A DNA stretch of 64,000 bases from Stylophora pistillata. Its lineage: Eukaryota. Position numbers and translations under genes: made by a program. The stretch is from NCBI RefSeq assembly GCF_002571385.2, contig NW_019217797.1:733766-797765 (forward strand), written 5' to 3'. Below, one piece after another: positions 49,856 through 61,182 of this stretch (its first letter is position 1; every line of letters begins with the position of its first letter). The notes under the pieces were generated by a model that was given only the letters and a program-made list of their open reading frames with translations, did not search any database and was not told the DNA's origin.

Positions 49856-51879
49856 CTTTCGCTGGATCAGTATTTAAATTTTCATCACATGATTCCATGT
49901 TGTACCTGTTGATGTCCGTGTAAAACAGACGATTTAATCATCATTACACTAATGGCACATTTTTTCATAGAAGTTCAGACATCGTGTCAGAACAAACACG
50001 TAAATGAAGATACTTTACTGAGGTTAAAAACTAAGAAAAACTGTCCTACTAACCGTATAAAATTCAGAACACGAAAGGAACTGTCGCAAGTTTTAAACTT
50101 GCCTCGAGGTCAAGAATGTCAAAAAATCTCGCTGACCTAAGATCACATAAATTTAAGAGTCTTTAAATAAAAGGAAATATAGGTTAAGTTTCGTCAAAAT
50201 AGTCGGTTGTTCTTGATGATAACATAAAACCCGCACGATGTGTTTTCATTGTGAATTAAACGGATGAGAAAACAAACTGGTATTTTATGTGATACCGCAA
50301 ACAAACTTGTCGAGTTGTTTTGGTTTCCGACTGAAAGAGATTATTCCTTTGGTATTTTTATATTTCCCACAATCGTCTTTTCAGAAGTTAAGAAGGATTA
50401 TGCTCGTAAATAAAAATATTTTTAACACGCGGCGGATCTATTACCGCTTAAAAAGGACGGAATTTATCGAGCGGCCTTATTGAGAACATATACCAGGCCG
50501 CCGTTGACAAGTTACTTCAGTTGCTTAATCACGGACCACAAGCGCTCTCTTTAGCTACACTGATCACGCGTGTTTAATAATAGCCGGGAACTCGAAAACT
50601 ACCGAACGTTTCTCCGGATTTATATACTTCACATGTACTGTACAAATTGGATAGCAGTCTCCATAGATAAATAAACATCTTGAAATATATATCGTGTTGT
50701 TTCAATCTTTGCCCACACAAGTGCAAAAAGTATGTAGTGATGATTTGAAATCGCTAAGCCATAGAAATGAGATAAAAGCCCTCGATAAATCTATCGGAAT
50801 TTCTTCCTTGATGATCACAACAGCCGTCAGTTTTTCTTAATATTTAAGATGTGAAGACTAAGATAAAAACTGAAAAGTCGAGAACACGATTTGCAAATTA
50901 AAGCCAACCATGCAGAGACTGGATCTTTTTTACTCGGACTGGACACGTAGCGCTTCAAATTCCCTCACAATTTCCCTTGCTTGTCTTCTGGGACGCTGAC
51001 CAATTTTCAAAGCTGTAATGGAAGTTTGGTCAGATAAAAAAAAAGATTGATGGGACTCATGAAAAAGTGAAGACATTTTGTGATATGCACGCGTTGGCTG
51101 ACGAACCATTGCGTTTTCTCGAGATAAACTGACTTTAAAGATAGATTTCTATTCTCTCGTTACTAGTCGTTGTTTATAATGACCTTTCCATTCGGTGCGT
51201 AAGTTTGCTGTAAAAACTGTTTTTATCAAAACGACGACCATCTTTGTCGGCGAGTAATACCGCCTATGAAGTGTAACAGACTGTTTTTAGATCAGGAAAC
51301 TCGGGTATCAGTAAAGGGAAGTCAAAATGACGATCACGAAACGATTTTAGGTTTCACTGAAGAGGAGATATTCAACTATAAGTGAAGCGGACAATGCCGT
51401 GATTTAAACCGCTTACAGACGCCACATCTAGCCCTAACCCATCCACATTTTGTCGGAACATAACATTGCAGAAAAAAATGGGTCCTTTCAATATTGATAA
51501 AGAACAATAACGGTTTACCTATCTGCTACATGAAAAACATGTTTAGCTTTTTAATAACGTTTTTTCGTTCTTTGCAATAACGCTCTCTCGCTGCTTTTAA
51601 GACTAAATTTAAGATAGAGAAAGTATCTCTACACTCCGAAGCTTTTATTTCCATTTCACCCACAAGTTTAATTTGGGAAAGTATGAATAATTTTATCACT
51701 AATAAGAAAATTTAAGGCTAAGCGTAATTTTAACTCGAAAACTTATGGTATATGTGATGTGTACTCCATGGATAAATTGGAAAACAGGTGAACACCTGCT
51801 AGATTAGGAACGGAAACCTAATAAAATTAAGACAAAAAAGACTTTGTCTCAGTAGTTTGTTTGTAATATTATCCTTTTT

Positions 51880-51950
51880 GGTACAATGAATATATGAAGT
51901 TCATATATTTTGAACTGCGGTTATAGATACGTATGATGCACGATCCTCGC
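51880..51950 (-). mobile_element. Truncated copy of the palindromic retroposon, flanked by 9-bp direct repeat ATCCTTTTT
   Basis: TACAATGAATATATGAAGTTCATATATTTTGAACTGCGG...CGTATGATGCACGATCCTCGC matches 44800-44870. Direct repeats at 51871-51879 and 51951-51959. Confidence 0.8.
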
Positions 51951-52252
51951 ATCCTTTTTAATGGGCATGGAAGGTTTTGAGATCCGAGGAAACTTCTGCT
52001 CCAAATGTTTCATCAGCACAATTGTGGGGATATTGTTTCGCGCGTAATTAAACTCCCACCGCATTTAGTCGGCTCCATTTAATTAATTAGTTTCTACAGT
52101 GTATATATGTGAAATATCGCAATATCAAGTTCCTATGCAAGAGTTGGTATCACCAAGAGAAACATGCACAGGACCTTTCCGACCAATTTAGTAAAGCGTG
52201 CTGACCAGGCAAGATTTTTTTTAAAACCATGCAGAAAGATGAATCGTGATAT

Positions 52253-52584
52253 CCACCTTTTCGACCATAACATGGATTTCACAAACGTCAAGGTCGTTGG
52301 TTTCGAAACTAATTACCCCGAGAGACTTTTCCTTGAAGCCTGGCACTCTACTTTGCATTCGAATGCGGGAAACGATCACATCGTGCTTCCAGAAGCCTAT
52401 AAAGACCTCGCGCGAGCATCAAATATATAGTTACGCGCGCAAGCTTCGCGTCACGTTTTTAACTTTAAATACCGTATGATAATGATCTCCGGTTTTTCAT
52501 ATCCCTGATGAAGGCTTAAGCATTAGCCGAAACGTCTGTTTCAGAAATAACAACAGTCAGAGGCAACCAATTTCTATAAAACTC
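52253..52584 (+). mobile_element. 5'-truncated Penelope-like element: GIY-YIG C-terminus plus 3' region, flanked by 14-bp TSD
   Basis: Encodes HNMDFTNVKVVGFETNYPERLFLEAWHS...NDHIVLPEAY, typical of the PLE endonuclease tail. Direct repeat ATGAATCGTGATAT at 52239-52252 and 52585-52598. Confidence 0.85.
52505..52536 (+). ncRNA. Minimal type-I hammerhead ribozyme core within the Penelope remnant
   Basis: CTGATGA-A-GGCT-TAAGCATT-AGCC-GAAA-CG-TC: intact core boxes, 4-bp stem II, palindromic ACGT helix III and a GUC cleavage triplet. Stem I pairing is weak. Confidence 0.65.
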
Positions 52585-53356
52585 ATGAATCGTGATATGC
52601 TGAATGTAATTCAACATTAAGACAGTGAGGTTCCACGGACATTGAGGTAAAAGTTCCTATAACGTACTCATTTCTATCTTGCTCATTCCTTCTATACCAT
52701 TGATATTAAATAAGGAGGTGGCATTATTCAAAGGGGGGCTAAAGTAAATGGACAGAGGGTCACATTTTTATGCAAGAAAAAACGGGAACACACATTTATA
52801 CATGAGCATAAGGGAGCAAACAGATAGTTAAGAAATTGTGTAAGGGGGGAGGGGAGGGGAGGGGGGAGGAAAGGGTGTATCACGAAGGGATCGAAGGGTC
52901 ACAAACACTTACCTTTATTTTTATCAGTTCCATTAGCTTTCCCAGGCCAATCGCCCTACAAATAATAACGGTTCCCTGATCGAAGTGACCATATGTCACA
53001 TTGGCATTTTACAATTATTTTCAAGTGACTGAAGTCAGACTTTGGTAGAGCTCTTTTAATTTGAAGAACATACATATGTTTTCTATAAACAGCTCGGTTT
53101 CATGTTCATTTAAAACCTGCACGGGTCAGGGTCTGTTTAGTTTCGCAGAAGTCCGCGTAGAAACTGTCTCCCTTACATCTGCTATCATCTGCATAGCAGA
53201 ATAGCGTTACACTCCACAGTAGTGTGGTTTAGAATATTTCCATTATGGAAAGGTAAGACTGAAGAAAAATGAAATTTTCGTCGCAATTATTTGTTCAGCC
53301 AAAACTCTTCAAGACTGAAGAAAAGGCAGCGATTATACTGCATGTCAAATTTTGAT

Positions 53357-53779
53357 TTAATAATCTGAATCAGAAACATTTTCCTCTTTGACAATAACTC
53401 TGAACGAGTCAGTTTTTCCTTGAGGTTTCGTGAGAGTGGACTCACATTTTCGATTATTTTTCAACAATTCCGTTAGATGATGAATGTAAAGCGCTGCCAG
53501 TCGCACTGTTTCTATCTTAGATGGCCGTTTCTCTGTTGGAAGTAGAGGTATTAAATCCCGCAAAGTCTCAAAGGCGCTGTTGATAACTTGTACTCTGGTC
53601 CTCTCCCTTGCGTTCGCTGACTTTCTTTGTTTACTAACTCCAGTAAGTCTTGGTCCTCGCCTCTTGTGTTTTTTCTTTGCTTGAGTTGGCGACGAAGGTA
53701 CTGAAGGCGGTGAATTAGACTTGTAATTGCTACACACAGATGAGTGTATGACTCCAACATCTGCCAATGTATTCACCAT
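53357..53779 (-). CDS. Cluster bHLH gene 4 (most canonical bHLH; apparently single coding exon)
   Basis: [64 protein letters not shown] in a 140-aa ORF. Confidence 0.92.
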   Translation of the reverse strand: MVNTLADVGVIHSSVCSNYKSNSPPSVPSSPTQAKKKHKRRGPRLTGVSKQRKSANARERTRVQVINSAFETLRDLIPLLPTEKRPSKIETVRLAALYIHHLTELLKNNRKCESTLTKPQGKTDSFRVIVKEENVSDSDY

Positions 53780-56216
53780 CTTTAAACCCTGTTTTCGCGA
53801 AAATTATTTCAGTTAAATGCTCTCGACATGACCTTACGTTTATCAGTCACAAGTGTTTCTTACTACTGTTGATAAAACACCCCTGTTGTATTTCCTTGTG
53901 GATGAAACTTTGCGGTGAGGAATCTAGGTTTGTACCAACGGAAACGATTTATATGGAACATAGCTTACTTTAGTCCAGACCATGTTATGTCAACATTAAT
54001 TGCAACCAATAAAAGTTTAATTAATAATATATGGTGTTCTCGACGTATTAGCCGACAATTTGAGTTAAATTTCATGAATGCCGTGTACCTCAGCCAGTAA
54101 TGTTGATTTAAATTTTCTTTGTTACCGGAAAGTTCTGCTTGTACTTTTAATCCTCTTTTAATCCTCTTCTAATCCTCTTTAGCACACTTAAAACTGTAAG
54201 CTTCATAATCTTTACGCGAATAGAATTAATTAGTAAGAGTTGTTGGAGTTTTGACTAATTTCTAATTCCATTCCTCGGGTTTTTGCATAACTCGGCAGTC
54301 CTCGGTACCTTTCGCCAGACTGTCGGCAGGTTTTCGAGAACTGTCCGTCTGGAAACAGCCAGATGTAACTCAGTGCTACTTACTAAATGTTAAAATACAT
54401 ACACTGCTTTCCGCTCAAAAGGAAAACAATACAGAGTTTTATACTACAACAATGTCGCAACAGTGATTTGCGATATATATCAGTTATTTCATCTCATCCG
54501 GCCGAGATATCTCAGTTATTAACTTTGGGGGGCAAACGTATTATTCAGTACCTGCCGCAATAGGCAATTGTCCCAAACAATAACCTTGATAATTGCGGCC
54601 ATTTCTGGCCAAGTTGCTTTGATGAACAAAGAAGTTACCGATGAGCATTTTGATAGTATCTCTAATTGTAGCATGTACTTAAATTATTCTGCCAGTAAAC
54701 TTACAGCAAGCTAGGTAACACCAGCCAAATTAAAGATGAGAAGAATCGTAATATGCAAATATTTGTACTCTGAACTAAATAAAAAGGGAATATGTATGCG
54801 ACCTTTGATATAAAAGTTTTGGGCGAAAGCTGCGTAAATAAGAGAGTAATAAATATATTACTGACGTACCAAAACTTATGTGTTATCATCACTAAGTGTG
54901 TATTGGCTATTTCATCTGGAATCTTGATTGCTGAAGCACACGTTCGAAGTCAAAACGATTTGTTCAACGCGTGCCAGCAAAATAACATACAATTTAACGG
55001 CGAATGACTTGGAGGTTAATTACTATAAGAGCAACATTTTGGCAAAACGAATCAACACTTTTCTCACCTTTGGTATTTGAGTAAACTGTTTCAAAATCTC
55101 TGCCCTGTAAAAGCTCAAATCTTTTTATCTCTTCTCATTCGTCCTTGTTCATTAAACGGATCGAAACTACTTCTGCAAAAATATGCATTACTCGAGTTTA
55201 TTCTCTCAGCAGGTAATTCGCCTAAAACTAAACTGGGGGGTAAAGAATTTCAAACTCTTTCAAAACACATTCCACTCAAATGTGTAACTGTAGATTTGCG
55301 TTCTTAAATCCTTTATCTTTTTCAAGCTTTGGTTGAAGACGGAAATAATCATGAAATCCTATTGGAGACCGGGTCAAGGACGAAGATCATTATATGAATA
55401 ACAGCTAATAATTTAAGTATAAGTTATGGCTCAATTTGTCTCTTATCTCTGATGGGGTTTTACGTTTGGGTGATCTTGAAAGAAGCCGAAGGAGCCATTT
55501 TAATCGGCTTCGAAATTGAAAAGATAAAGTGTAATTGCTGAAAATTTAAATAACTGGTTTCAAATCAGATTTCTTAGAAGAAATAGAGGCAAAAATGTGG
55601 TATTCGTCGGAAAAAATTCATCAAAACTGCCTTATTTAGCTCGTGCACACTTCTCTGATGTACTAGTAAAAATAGATTTCGCTTCGCGCCTGAGGGGAAA
55701 ATCATTCCGTTTTTGAAAAGGATCAGTTCATAGATGATTGCTTTCAAGCTTATCAGTTGTACTTTGGTAAAATCATCAAAACAATTTTTCAGTTTTATAG
55801 AAAGTTAACCATTTCAAAAGAAACTCAGCACACAGGAAGTAAATGGGTATGAAAACTGTAGTTTATTTTCGTCTTTCAGTGATTGGACATTGTTGTGCCC
55901 AGCCCGGAAAAGAGTCTTTGTATGCACCGTATCGAGGCTATTGCAGTTTCTAATAATAAGCATGTTGACTCTTGCTGCTAAGAAGTCGGTAAACAGGTAA
56001 ATAAAAGAGCAAAAGCAATAAACGAAACTCTGTCAGAAGCTGGACCACTCCTGGTTGTCATTTTAAGTCCGATAAATCTCGTTAGATTATCTTCAAGATA
56101 TATCAATTACTGGTTACCTTAGATTATTAACATCATTTGAACTGTTGCAATTTAGAATATAAACTTAAATTGGAACTTAATCAAAGTTGATAAACTTTGA
56201 GGCCTTACAGAGATGT

Positions 56217-56576
56217 TCACGTTTCCATTTTTTCTAGAGAGGATAACCCAGTTTCAGGGTCTTTGGTGTCTACGATCCGTTTGCCAACCAAAACTCCTTG
56301 TTCCTTTAAAATGGAAGAAAGCTGCGAGATGTACGAAGTAGCACCTACTATGACATCAAACTTGGTAACCCTGTAATTGTTCTGTGTTTGAGGAATTAGA
56401 GTTCGTAGAATTTGAATGTAGTTATTCAGGATGTTCACTCGATCTCTTTCCCGTGCATTTGCTTTTCTTCTCTGTTTGCTAACCCCTGTCAATCTTGGAG
56501 CGCGTCGCTTCTTTCGTTTGCAGTTTTGCAGCGAGTCTTCTTTGTCCGTGCATCGCTCCACAGTTGAAGGAGGCAT
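56217..56576 (-). CDS. Cluster bHLH gene 5 (most divergent HLH)
   Basis: [64 protein letters not shown] in a 119-aa ORF. Confidence 0.88.
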   Translation of the reverse strand: MPPSTVERCTDKEDSLQNCKRKKRRAPRLTGVSKQRRKANARERDRVNILNNYIQILRTLIPQTQNNYRVTKFDVIVGATSYISQLSSILKEQGVLVGKRIVDTKDPETGLSSLEKMET

Positions 56577-59500
56577 ATTTCCTTATATTCATGAACTTTC
56601 GCTGATACACTGAGGCACTGCTAACTTTTTTTTCTCTGGTGTTTAAGTGAACGTGCTTTGAGAAGGCTACCACAGAGGAGATCACAGATCACAGGTCATT
56701 CCTTTAGCTCGGCTAACCATCAACTAATTTGAATCTTTAAAAATAACACACGCTTATAAGGCATTTTTTTGTTATTAAATCTTTCAAGCAAGACTGTTTA
56801 CCTTAATAACGCCAATACTAAAACAAAAGAACAATCCAAACTTGCGTTTGTATAGTTAAATATGCATTCGAGGTGTTGGCTAACAAAATATGAGATTCAA
56901 ATTCTCGGTTCAGCCTAGATTATTGTATCAGATATTTATATATGTTGTTTATGTCAAACTTTGTTCTTCATTGATCATGGTAAATGATGTTAACTCCGTA
57001 CCCAGCTTTGGATCGAAACTTGGAATATAACAATCTCGCCGTAGGAGGTCCAACGAGAATCTTTACGAAAATAAAATTTACCCGTACCAACCGCATCAAC
57101 AAGAATTTAGAACTGGTTCTTTCTTCGGTCTTTGTTGTGAATGTACAAGTGAACGTAATAGTTTCCAATATGTGGGTGTGGTAGTTATACAGTGCATTGG
57201 CTGCCTCAAGGGTTACCCTTTTTAAAAGTTGTGATTAATCAAAGTCAATATTTAAAACTTTGTCGGCATGACAGACACGTGCAGCCATCATAAGCAGCAT
57301 GAAAGGTCTTGAGGTGGTCTTACTGACTCTGATTGATTCACTACTTAAGTGTTTAATTCTATTTGTAACACAAGAGGCATGTTCCATAAGGCTACTACCA
57401 AGCAATCAGTTCTGGCGCGACCGGTCGGTAATCAGTTCTAGTACGTCTAATCGGTAACCTGTCTTTTCTTGGCTTGGACGTTAGCGCGCGTTGCTATTGA
57501 GAACATCTAATAAATCCCTAACATCAAACCCATAACCGATTAACAAAAAAGGACTTTTTCTTCTGGTTCAAACCTCAAAAAATGTTTTGGATTCCTCGGT
57601 GCGAAATCGATCTGCTTTTGGAAAGACAATGATCTTTCTTTGACGGTAGATGGAACGCTTCGGTCCCCTGCGGGAGGCTCTTAACGAAACCCAAACAAGG
57701 GAAAAAAATTAAACATAACATTGCTCGACAGGGTGGCTTAAAGATATGGATTGTGTGTTCAACTGGTAGGGAAAATGAATGATTATATTTGTTTATTTTT
57801 CGGAGCCGAATTGCCAATTTGTATATTTACAAATGCCACCCACGAGGCACATCCATGTTAAAAAAAAGCTATCCTTAATGTTTTTATAAACCCGAACCAA
57901 GTGACAACGAGGCGACAGCTGTCGGGAAAATTATTTTGGAAGGATATGCATCTTCTCTATTAATCTTTCCGCCTCCCCTCCCACACCTACCTTTCCTTCC
58001 CTCAGCACATTACAATCTCGTGCCTCAAACCCTGAGGTAATGCTCAGTATTATCCTCTGTGTGACAAACCCGTTTCGGATCCACAAAGAAGATGTCGTTT
58101 TCGAGGGAAAAAGAGACCCTAGACTTAACTGGCTACAGAGTTAAAGAAGGAATGCAAGATAAAGTGTCAAATCCGAGGCTAGAGGCACTCTGAAATCACT
58201 GTTTGAAAGTCCGGGACCAAGTCCGACACAACTTTAATCATATCGGCCATGATACTACTGTCGCTTTACTCAGATTGTTGGAAGGTGCTATTATTCACGG
58301 GAAAATTTCGCATTAGAACATCGATACCCTCACTTGTGTTCGTTTTGGCGATATATCAGCCTCTAAATTAAAAAAATTCTAAACCGCAGCAATCAAACAC
58401 GGACTTCCTCCCTTCTGATACTGCATGGCTACAAGCCAAGCTATCCTTTCGAGCGAGACCCTCAGAAACAGGAACAACTTTCTGAATGACTTCAGATCTT
58501 GGAAAGAAATACGAGCCTTCGGAACAGAAATAAAATGCGAAATGAATGATTCTTCGAGACCGGACAAAGAGTTTCCGAGACACAAAATTTTAAAAGTAAG
58601 AATCACTTATGTAACAGAAATCGCGATTAGGATCAACATCGGTGTCCAGTTTCAAACATAATTCTTATGTCATTTACCTGGTTCCAGTTTGTGTGTCATT
58701 TCACAAACAAACGGAAGAGGGAAAATGAATTTTCCACAATAACTTTGACATCCCTAAGTTAATTAACATTCGTACGCTTATTAAAGTTACTAGAGTTCGT
58801 TGGTGTTGAAACTTTCTCTATCTCTCTCTCAACATGGAGTTTTTTTTTTACCTGCACCAAGCACGAACAACATCTTTATGACCACTTTTACTGTAATCTC
58901 TCTGCCTTTTAATACTTAGAAAGATCAGCTTGGATTAAAATAATTCAAAGAATTTGGTTAATTTGCGTGTGACAATTTTTCTTTTTTCTTTTCCTTTTTT
59001 TTTTTTTTCGATAACCTCGGAGCCCATAAAAGGAAGTCTTTTCTAAAGGCTTGTGTGCTGTAAGTCTCAATGGTTATTTTCTTTATTTTTTTCGGCAGAT
59101 AAGTGCCCATTCCCAAACTATGTTATTATAGGGGGTGTTAATTAACAAAATATTCGCTCAATTGCCGCCAATGTGTCGAAGTTCTTTGCGGGTAAATACC
59201 TTGCAAAATTTAATTGCAAGAGTTTTGTTAGACTTCAGATTTTAGCCGGCATCACTCATGACTTACTGATTTTTCTGTCACGAAAATAACATTTGGCTGA
59301 AAGTGACTGGAAGTATCTGTGCCATCTTTTCGTCTGATTTCCACTTTCTTTGCTAACAAGTGCGTCCTAAAGATTATAAACATTTGTATTTATCATTTAA
59401 AAACTCACTTGTTAGTTTTGTAACTGATACGATTTAAATGTTCTGCGGCTCAGTCACGATGAATTAAAAGGTGTTAACTCTGCTCAAGAAGAAAAATATC

Positions 59501-59936
59501 GTTCTGTAATAGATTTAAAAAATCAGTGGAAGAATATTAAGAAATAATAAAGGTGATTCCAAAAAAGTATAGAAAAACTCAGTGATTGTCTCTTTTGGAC
59601 GCTATTTTGTTTTATCCATAAACATTTCAGTCGGTTTATTGCTGTGAGATCGGGGATTAGTTTTCCTTTATCTTAGAGCTCCATTCCAATCAAATAACCC
59701 CTGGTATCGCAAGACATCGCGAAACTAATACGGGATATGTTTTATAAAAGACTCGCTCCAAGACAAAACTTCAACCTGCTTAAGGAAATTTGAGTTTTTT
59801 TTCGAAGGGTATGTCATTCCATATATAAACATCTCCGAGGGCGGTCTTTGTGTGTAAGGTCAGTGATAACTAATGTTTTATCTCTAAGCTCCACTCCACT
59901 TCAAAGGCTAAGGCATCCGGCGAACAGATATGCGAA

Positions 59937-59965
59937 ACCAATACGGGCTGGGCTTTATATAAAAG
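59937..59965 (+). promoter_or_regulatory. CCAAT box and TATA box upstream of bHLH gene 6
   Basis: CCAAT at 59938-59942 and TATATAAAAG at 59956-59965, about 45-50 bp before the GCCATGG start at 60009. Confidence 0.55.
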
Positions 59966-60008
59966 ACTTATTCCAAGTCATAACTCCAAACAGGTTTCAT
60001 TTACGGCC

Positions 60009-61182
60009 ATGGCTGACGAGTTTGAAGCTACGGTTTTCATCGAGGAGAAAAAGAAAAGAAAGCGTCGTGGTCCGCGTTTAACTGGAATCAGTAAACAGCG
60101 CAGAATGGCTAACGCCCGAGAAAGAAAGAGGGTGCAAAATTTAAACGAGGAAATTGAAGTTTTAAAAAGTTTGTTACCACTTTCACCACAGAATAAAAAG
60201 CCAACAAAGACAGAGGTTATATGGCTTGCGGCTGAATATATTGATGCTCTTACACAAATGTTAAAGGATGCAAAGAGCATGGATGATTTTAACGAACATT
60301 CCTTCCTGGATTTTGATACACTACTGGGTATGGATATCGAAAATCTTTTTGAACTGGACGGTAGGTGCAATGTATTTGACCCTCAACTTCATAAATTAGT
60401 GTCGTCCACCATGAATTATTAAAGGTTGACCTCGATATTTATATTGTGGTTTACCGTTTGATCCATAACTTTACGATCCTTCCGCTTGAGTTAAAGTTTA
60501 GTTTCAGTGAAACAACTTAAAACATGATTTTGTAAACCTAATCAGTTCTGTCCTCTGACGTTTGACCAGTAGAGTCATTTTTTGTTGTTGTTGATATGGC
60601 TTAACAAGCACGCCTACGCTACGCTGTTGCTTTCATTGTTCTTTGCCGATACAACTTTGCTGAGGATCCAAGTCATTTTCCCTGTCTCACTCAACTGTTA
60701 TCACTTAATGATGGACTCTTTGAGCAAGGTTACACCCACTCAGCTGATACGAAGAACCTATTGTTCCGATAAACGTGTCCAGCTGTCAGTATTGGTTAAG
60801 TGTTAGTGACCGAAAGGCTGGAGATCATCGTGTTTTCTGTAACATTAGTCCTTCTGGATAAGACGCCAGTCCATCCTCGGCAAACCCTCCCCCCCCCCCT
60901 AGAAATTGTTTTTGTTAGATTTCGGCAGGAGCTCTTTTATTTTTGGTGAAAAGAGGCATTCCGCGAAGATGAAAAATCACTGACCCGGCCAGGTCTCCAA
61001 ATCTGTCAAATTATCTTAGTTTTCATCTTTATGGACGAGGAGCTGATTTCGGTATATGTTCGAGACGGCTCCTCGTTTAGTGATCTTATCTCCAAAACAA
61101 AACTAAAACTGAGAGACTCACTTCGCCAGACTAAACTATATTTGCTTTTTCCTTTTCAGATTTTGATCCACTCGTGTTCTAA
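60009..61182 (+). CDS. Cluster bHLH gene 6
   Basis: Exon 1 (60009-60360): [64 protein letters not shown], donor G|GTAGGT. Predicted exon 2 (61160-61182) follows a strong polypyrimidine-CAG and encodes DFDPLVF*. The unspliced ORF would end at 60422. Confidence 0.88.

Noticed and set aside
58425-58661. ATG-initiated ORF with a GTAAGA donor between bHLH genes 5 and 6
   Set aside because: No recognisable domain and no convincing downstream exon.
33134-60370. Antisense ORFs over the bHLH genes (33134+, 39088+, 49164-, 56431+, 59978-) that resemble one another
   Set aside because: Shadow frames: their similarity simply mirrors the conserved sense-strand codons.
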